Shown here: piece after piece, positions 1-10,201 of the stretch
Numbering within the stretch: the first letter of the stretch is position 1
Layout of the letters: every line of letters starts with the position of its first letter
Assembly: GCA_031385045.1 (NCBI GenBank)
Contig: JANNBC010000016.1
Coordinates: forward strand, 1 to 64,000
DNA from: a bacterium
GTDB taxonomy: Bacteria; Bdellovibrionota_C; UBA2361; CALJRW01
Length of the DNA stretch: 64,000 nucleotides
Reading direction: 5' to 3'
Made by a program: the position numbers and the translations under genes
The notes under the pieces: model-generated
Told to the model about the DNA's origin: nothing
Databases searched by the model: none
Seen by the model: the letters and a program-made list of their open reading frames with translations, nothing else

Positions 1-141
1 CAGGTGTCACGGACACTGCCTCCTGCCTCAACTTCTTGTAAGATTTTTACAATTTGTTCTTCCGTATATCGCTTTTTCATAGGTCCTCCAGTTAAAATAG
101 TCTATCATTTTAACTGGCTCTATTCACGCAGGGCAGACCCC
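1..141 (-). mobile_element. IS3-family (IS407-like) insertion sequence left end and start of orfA, running off the window
   Basis: Minus strand from ATG at 80 reads MKKRYTEEQIVKILQEVEAGGSVRDT, a typical IS3 OrfA HTH start, with a GGAGG RBS. The IR-like end is (G)GGGTCTGCCC at ~141, and there is an internal CCAGTTAAAA/TTTTAACTGG inverted repeat. Confidence 0.85.
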
Positions 142-300
142 TAATTTATCATACTTGATGAAAGCGTACGTATCCTCGAGTGATGAGGTACAAAACTCTA
201 CTAATTGATCATCAGGTACGAAAGGTATATGGGGAGGAGAACAAGCAAAAACGCTATTAAATGAAAATAACACACTTAATGATAAAGCTAATAATCTCAT
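142..300 (-). pseudogene. 5' part of a secreted protein gene interrupted by the IS
   Basis: ATG at 300 with AGAGG-like RBS; MRLLALSLSVLFSFNSVFAC signal peptide. The frame runs into the IS end and stops inside it. Confidence 0.55.
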
Positions 301-418
301 AAAACCCTCTTTGAAAGTATTGAATACAAATTCTAATATTAATATCTGACTTAATTGGGGAAATGCTTCTATAAAAGATTAGGAAATCACAAGAAATCAG
401 GAAACTGCCAGTTGCTAA

Positions 419-925
419 TTAATAGACATCAATTCTAACACTCCTTAAAGGCAAGTTTCTAGTTACATGATCAACACATTCATCACTGTTTTTAGCAAGG
501 CTATCAAATCGATTTTCTCCATGACCCACACAAAATTTGGTAACAACGCCTTCGTTAATTTTTTTCCTTGAAGCTGTTCCACTTGAGAGGTGACATAGAT
601 AGTAGATAGCTCCACCTAAAAAATAGCAAGCAACATCCCAGGGATCACTATATCCTTGATGCAGATATTTAGGGCTAATATATTCACTGACTAAAGACCA
701 AAGGCAAATATGAACTAATAGTTCAGCTTTTGATGGGTAGGATTGATTGCGCAAGCCTAGATAATAAAAGCTCGTGAACATTAAGGGAATTAATATTGGT
801 ACAAATAATAAGTCATTAAGATATGAATTTAGAAATAAACAGCTATCCCAGATATTTAATTCTAATCCTATTTTGTTAATCAAATAAATTAACGAACAAG
901 AGTAAAAACAAAGTTTAGAGATCAA
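419..925 (-). CDS. Small membrane protein, function unknown
   Basis: 168-aa ORF with several hydrophobic segments and NSYLNDLL / SDPWDVACYFLGG motifs; start uncertain. Confidence 0.55.
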   Translation of the reverse strand: MISKLCFYSCSLIYLINKIGLELNIWDSCLFLNSYLNDLLFVPILIPLMFTSFYYLGLRNQSYPSKAELLVHICLWSLVSEYISPKYLHQGYSDPWDVACYFLGGAIYYLCHLSSGTASRKKINEGVVTKFCVGHGENRFDSLAKNSDECVDHVTRNLPLRSVRIDVY

Positions 926-1407
926 GATTATTAGCAGAAATAAAGAATGGAAATGCTAATACTAATGGAAAGTATAATTTGAATAAGGCTCGTTAAGGTA
1001 AACATCTATTATAGTATCTGAAATTAGTATTAATTTATGGAATCTTGTTGTGAGAGTAGCTTATTTTTGAATAAAGTGCCATTTAGCTTCTCATGCTTAA
1101 ACACATTTGCATTATTTAAAATATTAAGTCGGAGGCGGATCTAAAGTTGATTTAATTAAGAGTCATGTGAAATTTCCAAAAACAGCCAAGTAGCAATTTG
1201 CAGTTATTTGGAGATCCTTTAGGTGAGGAGATGCGTGGAGCGGAAACAATGAAGAGAATTAAAATAACCCCACAACTAATTTCTCTTCCTTAAAGAATGA
1301 AAGTATTTCAGTAAAATCAAGGCGGTCGCAAATTATTGAGTTGATGAAAATCAATAGTACTGGCACCCTTTTTCATAAAAAACCATAACAAGCATTCCAT
1401 TTCATCC

Positions 1408-1443
1408 TAGACAACGAGCCAAGAATGGCGTACATTCTTGGCT
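1408..1443 (+). promoter_or_regulatory. Putative sigma70 promoter (TAGACA-17-TACATT) overlapped by an 11-bp inverted repeat (operator); likely leaderless
   Basis: AGCCAAGAATG (1417-1427) / CATTCTTGGCT (1433-1443) immediately before ATG 1445; no SD. Confidence 0.5.
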
Positions 1444-1444
1444 T

Positions 1445-2599
1445 ATGTATGCTAGAGGATTAAAACCGTCAAAAAATCATAGTTTCTTCGTTTTTGGAGC
1501 GAGAGGTACTGGGAAAACAACATTACTTAAAAGTCTTTTTCATGCGGACTCAGTATTAACTCTTGATTTACTTAGTCCAACGCTGGTTAACCGACTTCAA
1601 GCCTATCCTGAGGAATTTAGCGAAATGGTTCATGGAACTAATAAAGAATGGATCTTTATTGATGAGGTGCAAAAGGTTCCTGCCTTACTCGATTTAGTTC
1701 ACAAGCATATTGAAGAGGATCAGAAAAAGTTTATTCTAACAGGTTCTAGTGCTAGGAAGCTAAAAAGAGGTTCGGCTAATCTTTTGGCTGGAAGAGCATT
1801 TGTCTATAAACTTTTCCCCTTAACTCATCAAGAACTTGGAACAAGTTTCAAACTCAATGATGTGCTGAGTTATGGATCTTTACCTAAGATATTTTCTCTA
1901 AATCAAATTGATGAAAAAAAACTTTTTTTGAGCTCATACACCGATACTTATTTAAAAGAGGAAATTCTACTAGAGCAAATAATTCGAAATTTACCACCAT
2001 TTAGGCGTTTTTTAGATGTCTCAGCACAACTAGATACTGAGCAAATTAATTTATCAAATATTGCTAAGGATATTAGCTCTGATCCTAAAACCGTTTCTAA
2101 ATATTATTCTATTTTAGAAGATACCTTACTTGGATTCTTTCTGGAGCCTTATCATACCTCAATTCGTAAGCGACAAAGAGTTGCACCTAAATTTTATTGG
2201 TTTGATACTGGAGTAGTACGTTCTTTGACCGGAAGTATCGAATCAAAACTATTAAAAAAATCTTATGAGTATGGTAAATTATTTGAATCATATATTGTAA
2301 GTGAAATTCATCGCTTACTGACATATAAAAATAAAAAATTCCAGCTATCTTTTTTAAGAACAAAAGAAAATGCTGAAATTGATTTAATTATAGAGCGTCC
2401 TGGAATGCCCATTTGTTTAGTAGAAATAAAATCTACAAGTCATGTTACCGAAAAAAATATTTTACACTTAAAATCATTTTTGCTGGATTTCAAAAATGCC
2501 CAGGCTTATTGTTTGTCAAATGATCCGCAACGAAAGGCTTTTGGAGAAATCATAGCAGTTGATTGGCAGACAGGGTTAAAAGAAATGGATATAGTTTAG
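1445..2599 (+). CDS. AAA_14 ATPase with C-terminal DUF4143 (PD-(D/E)xK-like) domain
   Basis: Walker A GARGTGKT, IDEVQK, LTGSSARKL, LAGRA, KFYWFDTG, EIDLIIE..VEIKS. Confidence 0.9.
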   Translation: MYARGLKPSKNHSFFVFGARGTGKTTLLKSLFHADSVLTLDLLSPTLVNRLQAYPEEFSEMVHGTNKEWIFIDEVQKVPALLDLVHKHIEEDQKKFILTGSSARKLKRGSANLLAGRAFVYKLFPLTHQELGTSFKLNDVLSYGSLPKIFSLNQIDEKKLFLSSYTDTYLKEEILLEQIIRNLPPFRRFLDVSAQLDTEQINLSNIAKDISSDPKTVSKYYSILEDTLLGFFLEPYHTSIRKRQRVAPKFYWFDTGVVRSLTGSIESKLLKKSYEYGKLFESYIVSEIHRLLTYKNKKFQLSFLRTKENAEIDLIIERPGMPICLVEIKSTSHVTEKNILHLKSFLLDFKNAQAYCLSNDPQRKAFGEIIAVDWQTGLKEMDIV

Positions 2600-2647
2600 C
2601 CAACAAATTCTTGTAATAACAGAAGTCATCCGATATTGTTACCTTAT

Positions 2648-3601
2648 ATGTTAAATAAATTATTACTTCACTCCTCCTTGATTTTTTTTGCTCTAACAGT
2701 ATTTGCTGAAAACCAAACAATTCGAATTTGTCGTCCGAACAATATGGTCTCAGCCTTGTTTTACATAGCAGAGTCAGCCAAGCTTTTTGAAACTGAAGGC
2801 CTAACACCAGAATTTCAAACAACAACGAATGGTAAACTTTGCCAAGATACTATGCTGGCAAGAAAATCTGATTTTTTGATGACAGCGGAAGGGCCATTTA
2901 CTTATATCGCACAGCATAATCCACCAGTTAAGATCATTGCGACTACTCAGAAAAATCCTGAAACCGCAATTTTTGCCAGAAAAGATGCCGGCATTAATAG
3001 TTTTGCCGATCTAAAAGGTAAAAGACTGGGATACTTGCCTGGAACTGTTTCTTATTTCTTTTTATCTCGAGTACTTGTTAAAAATCATTTAGCTAAATCT
3101 GACTTAAAGCTGACAGCAATGCAACCACCAACAATGCCTTCAGCTTTAATTGGAGGAGCAATCGACGCCTTCTCGATGTGGGAGCCTTGGGGGGCGCAAG
3201 CAGGTGCTGTGCTAAAAGAAAATTTTATTATCTTGGAAGATACAGCAGCATATCAATACGAATCGATTCTTTTAGCACATCAAGAGATTTTAGATTCAAA
3301 CCCGGAACAGGCTAAAAAATTACTGCGAGTTTTGAAGAAAGCATTAACTTTCTTAGCAGAAAATCAAGAAGCTAGTTTTGAAATTTTAGCGACTGCCCTG
3401 AAATTTGATCCCACTCCACTTCGCCGACTTTGGAATAAATATCAGCATTCTGTTGGTGCCGATGTTGGTATTGTTAATTTAATGGCAGAAAACTTTAAGA
3501 TTCTACAAGCAGAAGATCCTAATTTTAAAGATATTCCTTTGCCGGACTTTAATAAGTATTTAGATTTTAGTTATTTAAAATCAATCGAGGACTCGAAGTA
3601 A
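2648..3601 (+). CDS. NitT/TauT/SsuA-family ABC substrate-binding protein
   Basis: Signal peptide; DLKGKRLG and GAIDAFSMWEPW motifs; first gene of an ABC operon. Confidence 0.85.
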   Translation: MLNKLLLHSSLIFFALTVFAENQTIRICRPNNMVSALFYIAESAKLFETEGLTPEFQTTTNGKLCQDTMLARKSDFLMTAEGPFTYIAQHNPPVKIIATTQKNPETAIFARKDAGINSFADLKGKRLGYLPGTVSYFFLSRVLVKNHLAKSDLKLTAMQPPTMPSALIGGAIDAFSMWEPWGAQAGAVLKENFIILEDTAAYQYESILLAHQEILDSNPEQAKKLLRVLKKALTFLAENQEASFEILATALKFDPTPLRRLWNKYQHSVGADVGIVNLMAENFKILQAEDPNFKDIPLPDFNKYLDFSYLKSIEDSK

Positions 3602-3607
3602 AGCTCA

Positions 3608-4363
3608 ATGTTAAATAATGTTACGCTACGAATTCTTGGTATTTTAATCTTACCTCTAGTTTGGTTACTGACGGCTGATTTGTTACAACTTGCCAGCCCT
3701 TTACTGTTACCAAAGCTTGCCGATGTGATTGCCAGATTCTACCAATTAGTTACCGATGGAACTCTCTGGCATGATTTCTATTCTACTTTTTTGCGTTGGT
3801 TGGCTGGATATAGTCTAGGAGTTTTTGCTGGAATTTTATGTGGATTAATTATTGGACTTTCCACTAAAGTCAGAATTACGACAGAGTTTTTAGTCGAGTT
3901 TTTTAGAGCGATGCCAGTTACGGCTATTTTCCCTTTATTTCTTTTGGTTTTTGGAATAGCTGATAGTTCTAAGATTGCCATGGCTTTTACGCCAACATTT
4001 TTGCTGATGTTAGTGAATACTAGTTATGGGGTCACTTTAAGTGATCCTGGAAGAAGGAGAATGGCGCAAGTTTTTGGAGCGACTAAATTTCAGATCTTTC
4101 GTTATGTAGTTATCTTTGATGCCCTACCTCAGATTTTTGTGGGACTGCGAATGGCCTTAGCTCAAAGTTTGATTGTTACGGTTGTTTCAGAAATGTTTAT
4201 TGGAACAGACTATGGTTTAGGTCAAAGAGTTTATGACTCTTATTTAACAAGTTCTATTCCAACACTTTATGCTTTGTTAATTGTTCTTGGGATTTTAGGC
4301 TACACCTCTAATAAGATTATTATGGCACTAGAAGCAAAGTTCGTTTTTTGGACTGGCAAATGA
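3608..4363 (+). CDS. NitT/TauT/SsuC-family ABC permease
   Basis: Multi-TM, EAA-like loop (AQVFGATKFQIFRYVVIFDALPQIFVGLR), SEMF..GLG. Confidence 0.9.
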   Translation: MLNNVTLRILGILILPLVWLLTADLLQLASPLLLPKLADVIARFYQLVTDGTLWHDFYSTFLRWLAGYSLGVFAGILCGLIIGLSTKVRITTEFLVEFFRAMPVTAIFPLFLLVFGIADSSKIAMAFTPTFLLMLVNTSYGVTLSDPGRRRMAQVFGATKFQIFRYVVIFDALPQIFVGLRMALAQSLIVTVVSEMFIGTDYGLGQRVYDSYLTSSIPTLYALLIVLGILGYTSNKIIMALEAKFVFWTGK

Positions 4364-5133
4364 TTAAGCTTCAACATGTTCGAAAAAGTTTTTTACAAAA
4401 TAATCATCGTAAGCTTGTTTTAGAAAATATTAGCTTTGAATTGAAAGAAGGATCTTTTACTACGTTATTTGGCCCCAATGGCTGTGGTAAATCAACACTG
4501 GTTAATATCATTGCTGGCTTAGATCGCCCTGATAGTGGAGAGATAATCGGACTAGAAAATATTCGGAGCCAAGTTGGTTATGTCTTTCAAGATTATCGAC
4601 GGAGCTTACTGCCTTGGGCTACTGCTAAGGAAAATATTTTATTTCCATTAAAGCTTCGCGGTCTGCCACAAGCTGAACAACAACAGCTTTTCCAAGAAGT
4701 TTTAGCTCTGGCAAAGATTAATTTGGATTGGAACCAAAGAGTACTCTCACTTTCTGGTGGTCAAGCCCAAGCTGTGGCAATTTTAAGAGCCTTAATTATT
4801 AAACCTAAGTTTTTAATTCTAGATGAACCATTTGCCGCACTCGATTTTGAACGTACGCTATCGTTAAGAGAAATGATCTCAGAAGTATCTCATCAATTAA
4901 ACTTAACAGTTTTATTTATTTGCCATGATTTAGATGAAGCAGTGATTCTTGGCGATCAAGTTCTATTTTTATCCCGAGTTCCAACTACAGTCCTGCATTC
5001 TTTGAATGTTTCCTATCCAACTCCTAGAAGCAATAGTTTTTCTACTACAAATGAGTTTTTCCAACTTAAAATAAAAGCACTTCAGTACTTTCAGGACTGT
5101 TGTCAGTATGCTCAGCCTAATTACTCTAAATAG
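4360..5133 (+). CDS. NitT/TauT/SsuB-family ABC ATP-binding protein
   Basis: GPNGCGKST, LSGGQ, LILDEPFAALD, H-loop; ATGA overlap with the permease. Confidence 0.92.
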   Translation: MIKLQHVRKSFLQNNHRKLVLENISFELKEGSFTTLFGPNGCGKSTLVNIIAGLDRPDSGEIIGLENIRSQVGYVFQDYRRSLLPWATAKENILFPLKLRGLPQAEQQQLFQEVLALAKINLDWNQRVLSLSGGQAQAVAILRALIIKPKFLILDEPFAALDFERTLSLREMISEVSHQLNLTVLFICHDLDEAVILGDQVLFLSRVPTTVLHSLNVSYPTPRSNSFSTTNEFFQLKIKALQYFQDCCQYAQPNYSK

Positions 5134-5175
5134 ATTTTTATTTAAAACTCCTTTAGTCCATGATACTGTCTTGCT

Positions 5176-6147
5176 ATGAGATACATCTTAATTGCCTTAC
5201 TTTTATTGCCATCAATTAAACTTTTTGCTGAAACAAACGTTGGAGTGATTATTCCATTAGCAGGTGACTTCGCGCGTTATGGAGAAAGAGTTCGTGATGG
5301 AATTCTAAGTGCTAAGTCTACTGATTTAAAATACTTTTTTGATGATGAAAAATGCAGTCCGAGTGTTGCAGTTACTGCCTACAAGAATTTATCAGCGTTA
5401 CATAATGTGAACTTTTTCTTAGGCCCTTGGTGTGGTTCTCCGCAAACAGCTGTAGCTCCATTAATCAAAAGTGCCGGACAGTTAGCAATACTTGGGAGTA
5501 GTGCTCCACGTCGAGTTTTTGAAGTCTCTGGTGGGAGAATGTTTTCTACGCAACACTCGATTGAGGAAGAATCGATTTTTAATGCTCAACAAATTGAAAA
5601 AGCTGGAGCAAAAAGAGTAGTAATTGTTTTCTTTGATAATGATTTTAGCCGTGCCCATGAGGCTGCTTTTCGTGCTGAATTTAAAGGAGAGGTAGTCGAA
5701 ACTATGACTTACACTTCGGTTGATTCTTCCTCCATTAAGCCAATCGTTTCTAGAATTAGAAGATTACATCCTGATGCCCTTTATGTGCCAGATGCTTACC
5801 CTCTAATGCATGGTATAATGAAAGACCTAAGAAATATGGGCCTAAAAAATCTACCTGTTTACTCTGTTTACTCAGCAGAATCTAAGCCTGTTGCAGAAGC
5901 AGTTGGGAAATATGGCGAAGGATTAATCTTGTCTTATCCCCAAATTGGTTCCGAGGAAGCTCTGGTACATTTCCCAAAATTAGCTGCCGAGATTTTAGCT
6001 GCTGGACTTAATGCTTGCCCCAAGAAAGAAGCTGATTGTGTGATCGATGCAATTAAGTCGGCCTATCCCTTTGACCAATATGGAGTACTAGAAGGAAAGT
6101 TAGGTCTAAAGACCCTGCAAGGTGGAAGTTTTGTTTGGTATCAATAA
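5176..6147 (+). CDS. LivK/LivJ-like type I periplasmic binding protein
   Basis: Signal peptide; VGVIIPLAGDFARYG, DEKCSP, LGPWCGS. Confidence 0.85.
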   Translation: MRYILIALLLLPSIKLFAETNVGVIIPLAGDFARYGERVRDGILSAKSTDLKYFFDDEKCSPSVAVTAYKNLSALHNVNFFLGPWCGSPQTAVAPLIKSAGQLAILGSSAPRRVFEVSGGRMFSTQHSIEEESIFNAQQIEKAGAKRVVIVFFDNDFSRAHEAAFRAEFKGEVVETMTYTSVDSSSIKPIVSRIRRLHPDALYVPDAYPLMHGIMKDLRNMGLKNLPVYSVYSAESKPVAEAVGKYGEGLILSYPQIGSEEALVHFPKLAAEILAAGLNACPKKEADCVIDAIKSAYPFDQYGVLEGKLGLKTLQGGSFVWYQ

Positions 6148-6151
6148 AATT

Positions 6152-7225
6152 ATGAAAAAATTTCTGCTACTACTTATCTTCGTTTTTAGTCTGATAGAAT
6201 TTTCTTCTGCCGAAACAATTAAAATTGGCATACCTACAGTATTAAGTGGGGATTTTGCAATTGTCGGTGAGGGTGCCGAGCGAACTGTTCAAATTTATCA
6301 AGAGCATGAGTTGCGACACGATCTAAAATTTATTTTTGAAGATGCAAAATTATCCAGCACTGATGGCTTTAAAGCTTATCAAAAATTAATTAATTTTGAT
6401 CATGTAAATCTAATCTTAGGTATGTGTACTTCAAATGCGACTATGGCTTCAAAGAGCTTGATTAATAGTAGTCACACACCAACTGTTAGTATCTCCACTG
6501 GTGGATACAATATTGATCAAGCAGGGGACTATGTTTACCGAATTGGAAATAGTGATGTCCTAAACGGGATTAATCAATCAGAGTATTTTATTAAATCAAA
6601 GATTCTAAAAATTGCTATACTGGCGGAAGAGACTGAATACACTCAAGATATCGCCATTGCTTTTCGAAAACATTATTTAGCAAATGGCGGGGAGATAGTC
6701 TTTGATCAAGATTTCATGCCGGGAACAACAGATTTTAAATCATTAATTACGGCCTTAAAGGTTAAGAAGCCCAGCGCTATTTTTATGCCCACTCAAACAG
6801 GAACTGCGTTAGGTTTATTTCTTAAACAACTCAACACCCAAACTAATATTAAAGATTATCAAATTCATACTACCTTTGTAGCTGCTCCCAATGCCGATGC
6901 TCGTAAAATTGCTGGAGACTTAATAAATGGAGTTTATTACTTAGCACCAGAATATCAAAAGGATAATCCAAGACTTTTAAAAATCTTTCAGCTTTATCAA
7001 GATAAATTTAAGTCAAAACCAGGATTAGAGTTTCACGCGGCTGGGCTAATTGATATTCTTGATTTGCTTCAAATCTTTTTAGATAGCCATCCAAAATTTG
7101 AGACTGAAGCATTTAATAAATTTTTAATTAGCGAGGTTAAGGATTATCAAGGGTTGCTTGGTAAGATTAATTTTGATGCAGACGGTAATACTGATTTAGG
7201 TTTTAAAATTGAACAGATTAAATAA
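6152..7225 (+). CDS. LivK/LivJ-like type I periplasmic binding protein
   Basis: IKIG..LSGDFA..G, EDAK, TDFKSLIT, GLLGKINFDADG. Confidence 0.88.
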   Translation: MKKFLLLLIFVFSLIEFSSAETIKIGIPTVLSGDFAIVGEGAERTVQIYQEHELRHDLKFIFEDAKLSSTDGFKAYQKLINFDHVNLILGMCTSNATMASKSLINSSHTPTVSISTGGYNIDQAGDYVYRIGNSDVLNGINQSEYFIKSKILKIAILAEETEYTQDIAIAFRKHYLANGGEIVFDQDFMPGTTDFKSLITALKVKKPSAIFMPTQTGTALGLFLKQLNTQTNIKDYQIHTTFVAAPNADARKIAGDLINGVYYLAPEYQKDNPRLLKIFQLYQDKFKSKPGLEFHAAGLIDILDLLQIFLDSHPKFETEAFNKFLISEVKDYQGLLGKINFDADGNTDLGFKIEQIK

Positions 7226-7239
7226 TTTATACTTCAAAG

Positions 7240-7830
7240 TTAATTTTTAGATTTAATTAATTCAAGTACCTCTGCTTTAAAATTAATTCTACAATTAGAA
7301 ATCTCTTGGTTAATAAATTCTATATTAATCATATTATTAGTAAGTATTTCTTTAATATCATCTAGATCCTTGTACCTCTCAGGATTGCTATTTAAGGCAA
7401 TGAGTTTGGCAAAAATTAGGCTTTCTGGGGTAATTGTAGGAAGAGTTGCAAAACCATAATCGATTAAATTTCCTTGTGCCAGATAAACAGCTTGTTCCAC
7501 CCAAGCCTGAACAGGCAATAAGAAATCTAATCCCTTAAAGCGATCTTCTTTAATATCCCTTGCACAAACTAGAGCATTTAATTGTTTAGTTTCATTTTGG
7601 GGATCGGGAACAAAGCCTTGATATTCCTGATAACCTAAATTTTTGATAATTAAAGTTGCTAAGTCCTTTGCCTTAATTAAATCACTATCAATCACAGCAA
7701 AGTCAATATCATCAGTATATCTTGGAGAGCTTCGATAGATACTAGAGGCTACACCTCCACAAATTGCCCATTGCCCAGGATAGGTTCTAAGCAATTCAGT
7801 CGCTCTTTTTAACTCAGCAAATAGTTTCAT
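7240..7830 (-). CDS. AbiEii/DUF1814-like nucleotidyltransferase (MenT-like toxin)
   Basis: WAICGG..S...PRYTDDIDF motif and C-terminal LIFAKL...R.KDLDDI motif. Confidence 0.8.
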   Translation of the reverse strand: MKLFAELKRATELLRTYPGQWAICGGVASSIYRSSPRYTDDIDFAVIDSDLIKAKDLATLIIKNLGYQEYQGFVPDPQNETKQLNALVCARDIKEDRFKGLDFLLPVQAWVEQAVYLAQGNLIDYGFATLPTITPESLIFAKLIALNSNPERYKDLDDIKEILTNNMINIEFINQEISNCRINFKAEVLELIKSKN

Positions 7831-8000
7831 TTCTTTGTTTGTTGTCGGTAATTTTCTCTCGCAGTAAAAATAATATCTCCAAGCTCTTCAATTCTTTTTA
7901 GCTTTTCTTCTGCGCGGTAATCAGAGTTTGCGAGTCTTTCTTTCACGAATTCTAGATATTCACTTTCTGAAACATATTTTGTTTTTGACTCTTCCGACAT
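7827..8000 (-). CDS. 57-aa charged helical protein, putative antitoxin (not in the ORF track)
   Basis: MSEESKTKYVSESEYLEFVKERLANSDYRAEEKLKRIEELGDIIFTARENYRQQTKK; its TGA overlaps the NTase ATG (ATGA); TAGAAT -10 lies 6 nt upstream. Confidence 0.7.
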   Translation of the reverse strand: MSEESKTKYVSESEYLEFVKERLANSDYRAEEKLKRIEELGDIIFTARENYRQQTKK

Positions 8001-8119
8001 AAACTAATTCTAGCAGTCAATGTTTCCTTAGTAAATTTATAAAGATCATAGAAATTAGCTTGATTTGGGTGATTTAGAAGGTTAGGCTGGATTAATTAAC
8101 CCTTTTCACTGTTCTAATT

Positions 8120-9196
8120 ATGTTGAAAATCTGCTTAGTATTATTTTTCTTATTTACCGCAAGCTGTTTGAATGCTGAGCAAAAGGTTGTTGGAGTTATC
8201 TCAGATTTATCAGGTTATAATCTAGAAACTGGAACTAGTTGTAAACGCGGCTTTGAATTTGCAACTAAATACGCTTCTCCTAAATTATTAACAGCGGTTA
8301 GTTTTGTTTATGAAGATAGTCAATCTTTTCCTAAATTCGCTGTGAATGCTTTTCAAAAGTTAAAAAGTACTAATCAATTAGTCGGCATATTTGCTTTTAG
8401 CTCCCCTAATGCACTAGCAATTTCTCCTTTGATGCTTAGTGCTAAGATCCCCTTAATCGCTATGGCTAGTAGTACAGTACTTACTGATCAAAATCCCATG
8501 GCCCTCAGCACTTGGATTAGTTCTCGCACAGAAGGGGGCGAAATTGCCGAGGCAATTGCGAAACAAGGAATGAAGAAAGTAGCTATGATTACAACTGAAA
8601 ATGATTACATGCTGGATGTCTCCAAGTTTTTTAAGGCGAAAAGTAAGCTAAGAGAATTAGAAATAGTTGCCGAAGAATTAGTCAGTTATGACTTAATGGA
8701 TTTTAAGGCAATTGTTACGCGGATTCTAACTCATAAACCTCAGGCGGTGTTTATTAATTTACACACGGGAACAGCACCGGCATTTTTAAAGCAGTTACGT
8801 CAGGCAGGTTACCAAGGAGAAGTTTATGGGAATTTTTACTTAGGTAAAGAGAATGAAATATTGGCTGCCGGTAAAGAAAATGCCGAAGGAGGGAAAGTTA
8901 TTTCCATTCGGATTAATAATCCAAAATATTTAACAGAGTATCGCAAGGTCTATGGTGCAGGTGAAGATTCTGTGATGGATTATTCTTGTTTTACTGGAGC
9001 GACGCTCTTGTTACAATCGATCCAGAAGATTATTAATCAACAAAAAGAGCTTACTAAGGAATCTTTGCAAGCTGAGATGCTGAGTGCCAAAGAAGTTCAA
9101 CTTTTTGATCAGAAAGTTGCCATCAAAGATCGCTGGTTTGAGTATCAGTATGGCTTGAAAGTTATCCACGATGGAAAGACAGAGTTTATTGATTAA
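8120..9196 (+). CDS. LivK/LivJ-like type I periplasmic binding protein
   Basis: Signal peptide; VGVISDLSG, YEDSQ..P, DFKAIVTRI. Confidence 0.85.
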   Translation: MLKICLVLFFLFTASCLNAEQKVVGVISDLSGYNLETGTSCKRGFEFATKYASPKLLTAVSFVYEDSQSFPKFAVNAFQKLKSTNQLVGIFAFSSPNALAISPLMLSAKIPLIAMASSTVLTDQNPMALSTWISSRTEGGEIAEAIAKQGMKKVAMITTENDYMLDVSKFFKAKSKLRELEIVAEELVSYDLMDFKAIVTRILTHKPQAVFINLHTGTAPAFLKQLRQAGYQGEVYGNFYLGKENEILAAGKENAEGGKVISIRINNPKYLTEYRKVYGAGEDSVMDYSCFTGATLLLQSIQKIINQQKELTKESLQAEMLSAKEVQLFDQKVAIKDRWFEYQYGLKVIHDGKTEFID

Positions 9197-9673
9197 ACTT
9201 CCCAATTTTCACCCTTCACCTAAGATCAAAGCACTAACTCCAGATATTGATCAGGATCCTAATCAAGATATTTATCCTGATGACCTTTTTCGCTGCTTAA
9301 ATCTGGTAGAGATAATCCCTCTTGGATTTTTTTCCGATCATTCTAATAACTCTTACTTGCACAGGTTAGATTTTACCAATATCTTGATAATCAATTCAGA
9401 TGGTAAGGATTTGCAGTTTGAGATTTACTTCTTTTCGCTTGATTATTAGTAAATATCAGGGAATTTAGACTGATATTAACCAATGCTAAGAGATAGGGAT
9501 TTTATGAATTCCTATCTTAAACCCAAAATCAATCTAAAAATCACCATACAAGAAGCTGTAGAGGGGATAATGTTTACACTCAAAATTTTGTTGCCTTCAA
9601 TGGTGCTAGTCAGTTAAAGATAATTTGGCGGCGATAAATATTTTGTAGTGTTTGGTTATCTCGTCAGTGTTTA

Positions 9674-10051
9674 TTACAAAGGAACCTTTTTGCTTTTTCC
9701 GGAACCATTGCAGGCTGCGCATACTCCAAAAAGCAGTTTTCTAAGCAATGGCGTAACAAACCATAAGCACAGGATGAAAGCTAGAAGGCACGCACCCATG
9801 ATAAGCCACCAATAAGACAGAAGTTCGTAAATATCCAATGGTAGCAGTAGCGACAATACGTAAAGTGGCACGCTTATCAATATGATTGGTAGGGCTAGAT
9901 CAACTCCTACAAAGAAGAAGTGCGAACCCAAGTAATACGAATCAAGTTCGCAGACTCCTGTACCCTTGCATTGTTTACACCGAGAACCAGAGAAAAACAT
10001 AATAATGTTACCAATAAAAGCGAGGCAAGATAACGTAAAAATTGCCAGCAA
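9674..10051 (-). CDS. Small membrane protein with two CxxCxGxG zinc-finger half motifs
   Basis: CKQCKGTG and CAACNGSG flank two hydrophobic helices. Confidence 0.6.
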   Translation of the reverse strand: MLAIFTLSCLAFIGNIIMFFSGSRCKQCKGTGVCELDSYYLGSHFFFVGVDLALPIILISVPLYVLSLLLPLDIYELLSYWWLIMGACLLAFILCLWFVTPLLRKLLFGVCAACNGSGKSKKVPL

Positions 10052-10201
10052 ATAACGGTATTGTTGAAAGCTAACTTTTACAAAATTACTTCTTTAAGGC
10101 TAGCACTTTCTTTGGCTGGTGGGTCTCGTTGTTCCCTTTGGTGCCAGGCAACTTTTCATTTCTTTCCTATTGATTCATTAACGACTATTTTTAATGATCT
10201 C

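Noticed and set aside
9171..9449. 92-aa ORF
   Set aside because: Overlaps the upstream gene and has no motifs; the region may hold a decayed minus-strand gene, but I cannot support that
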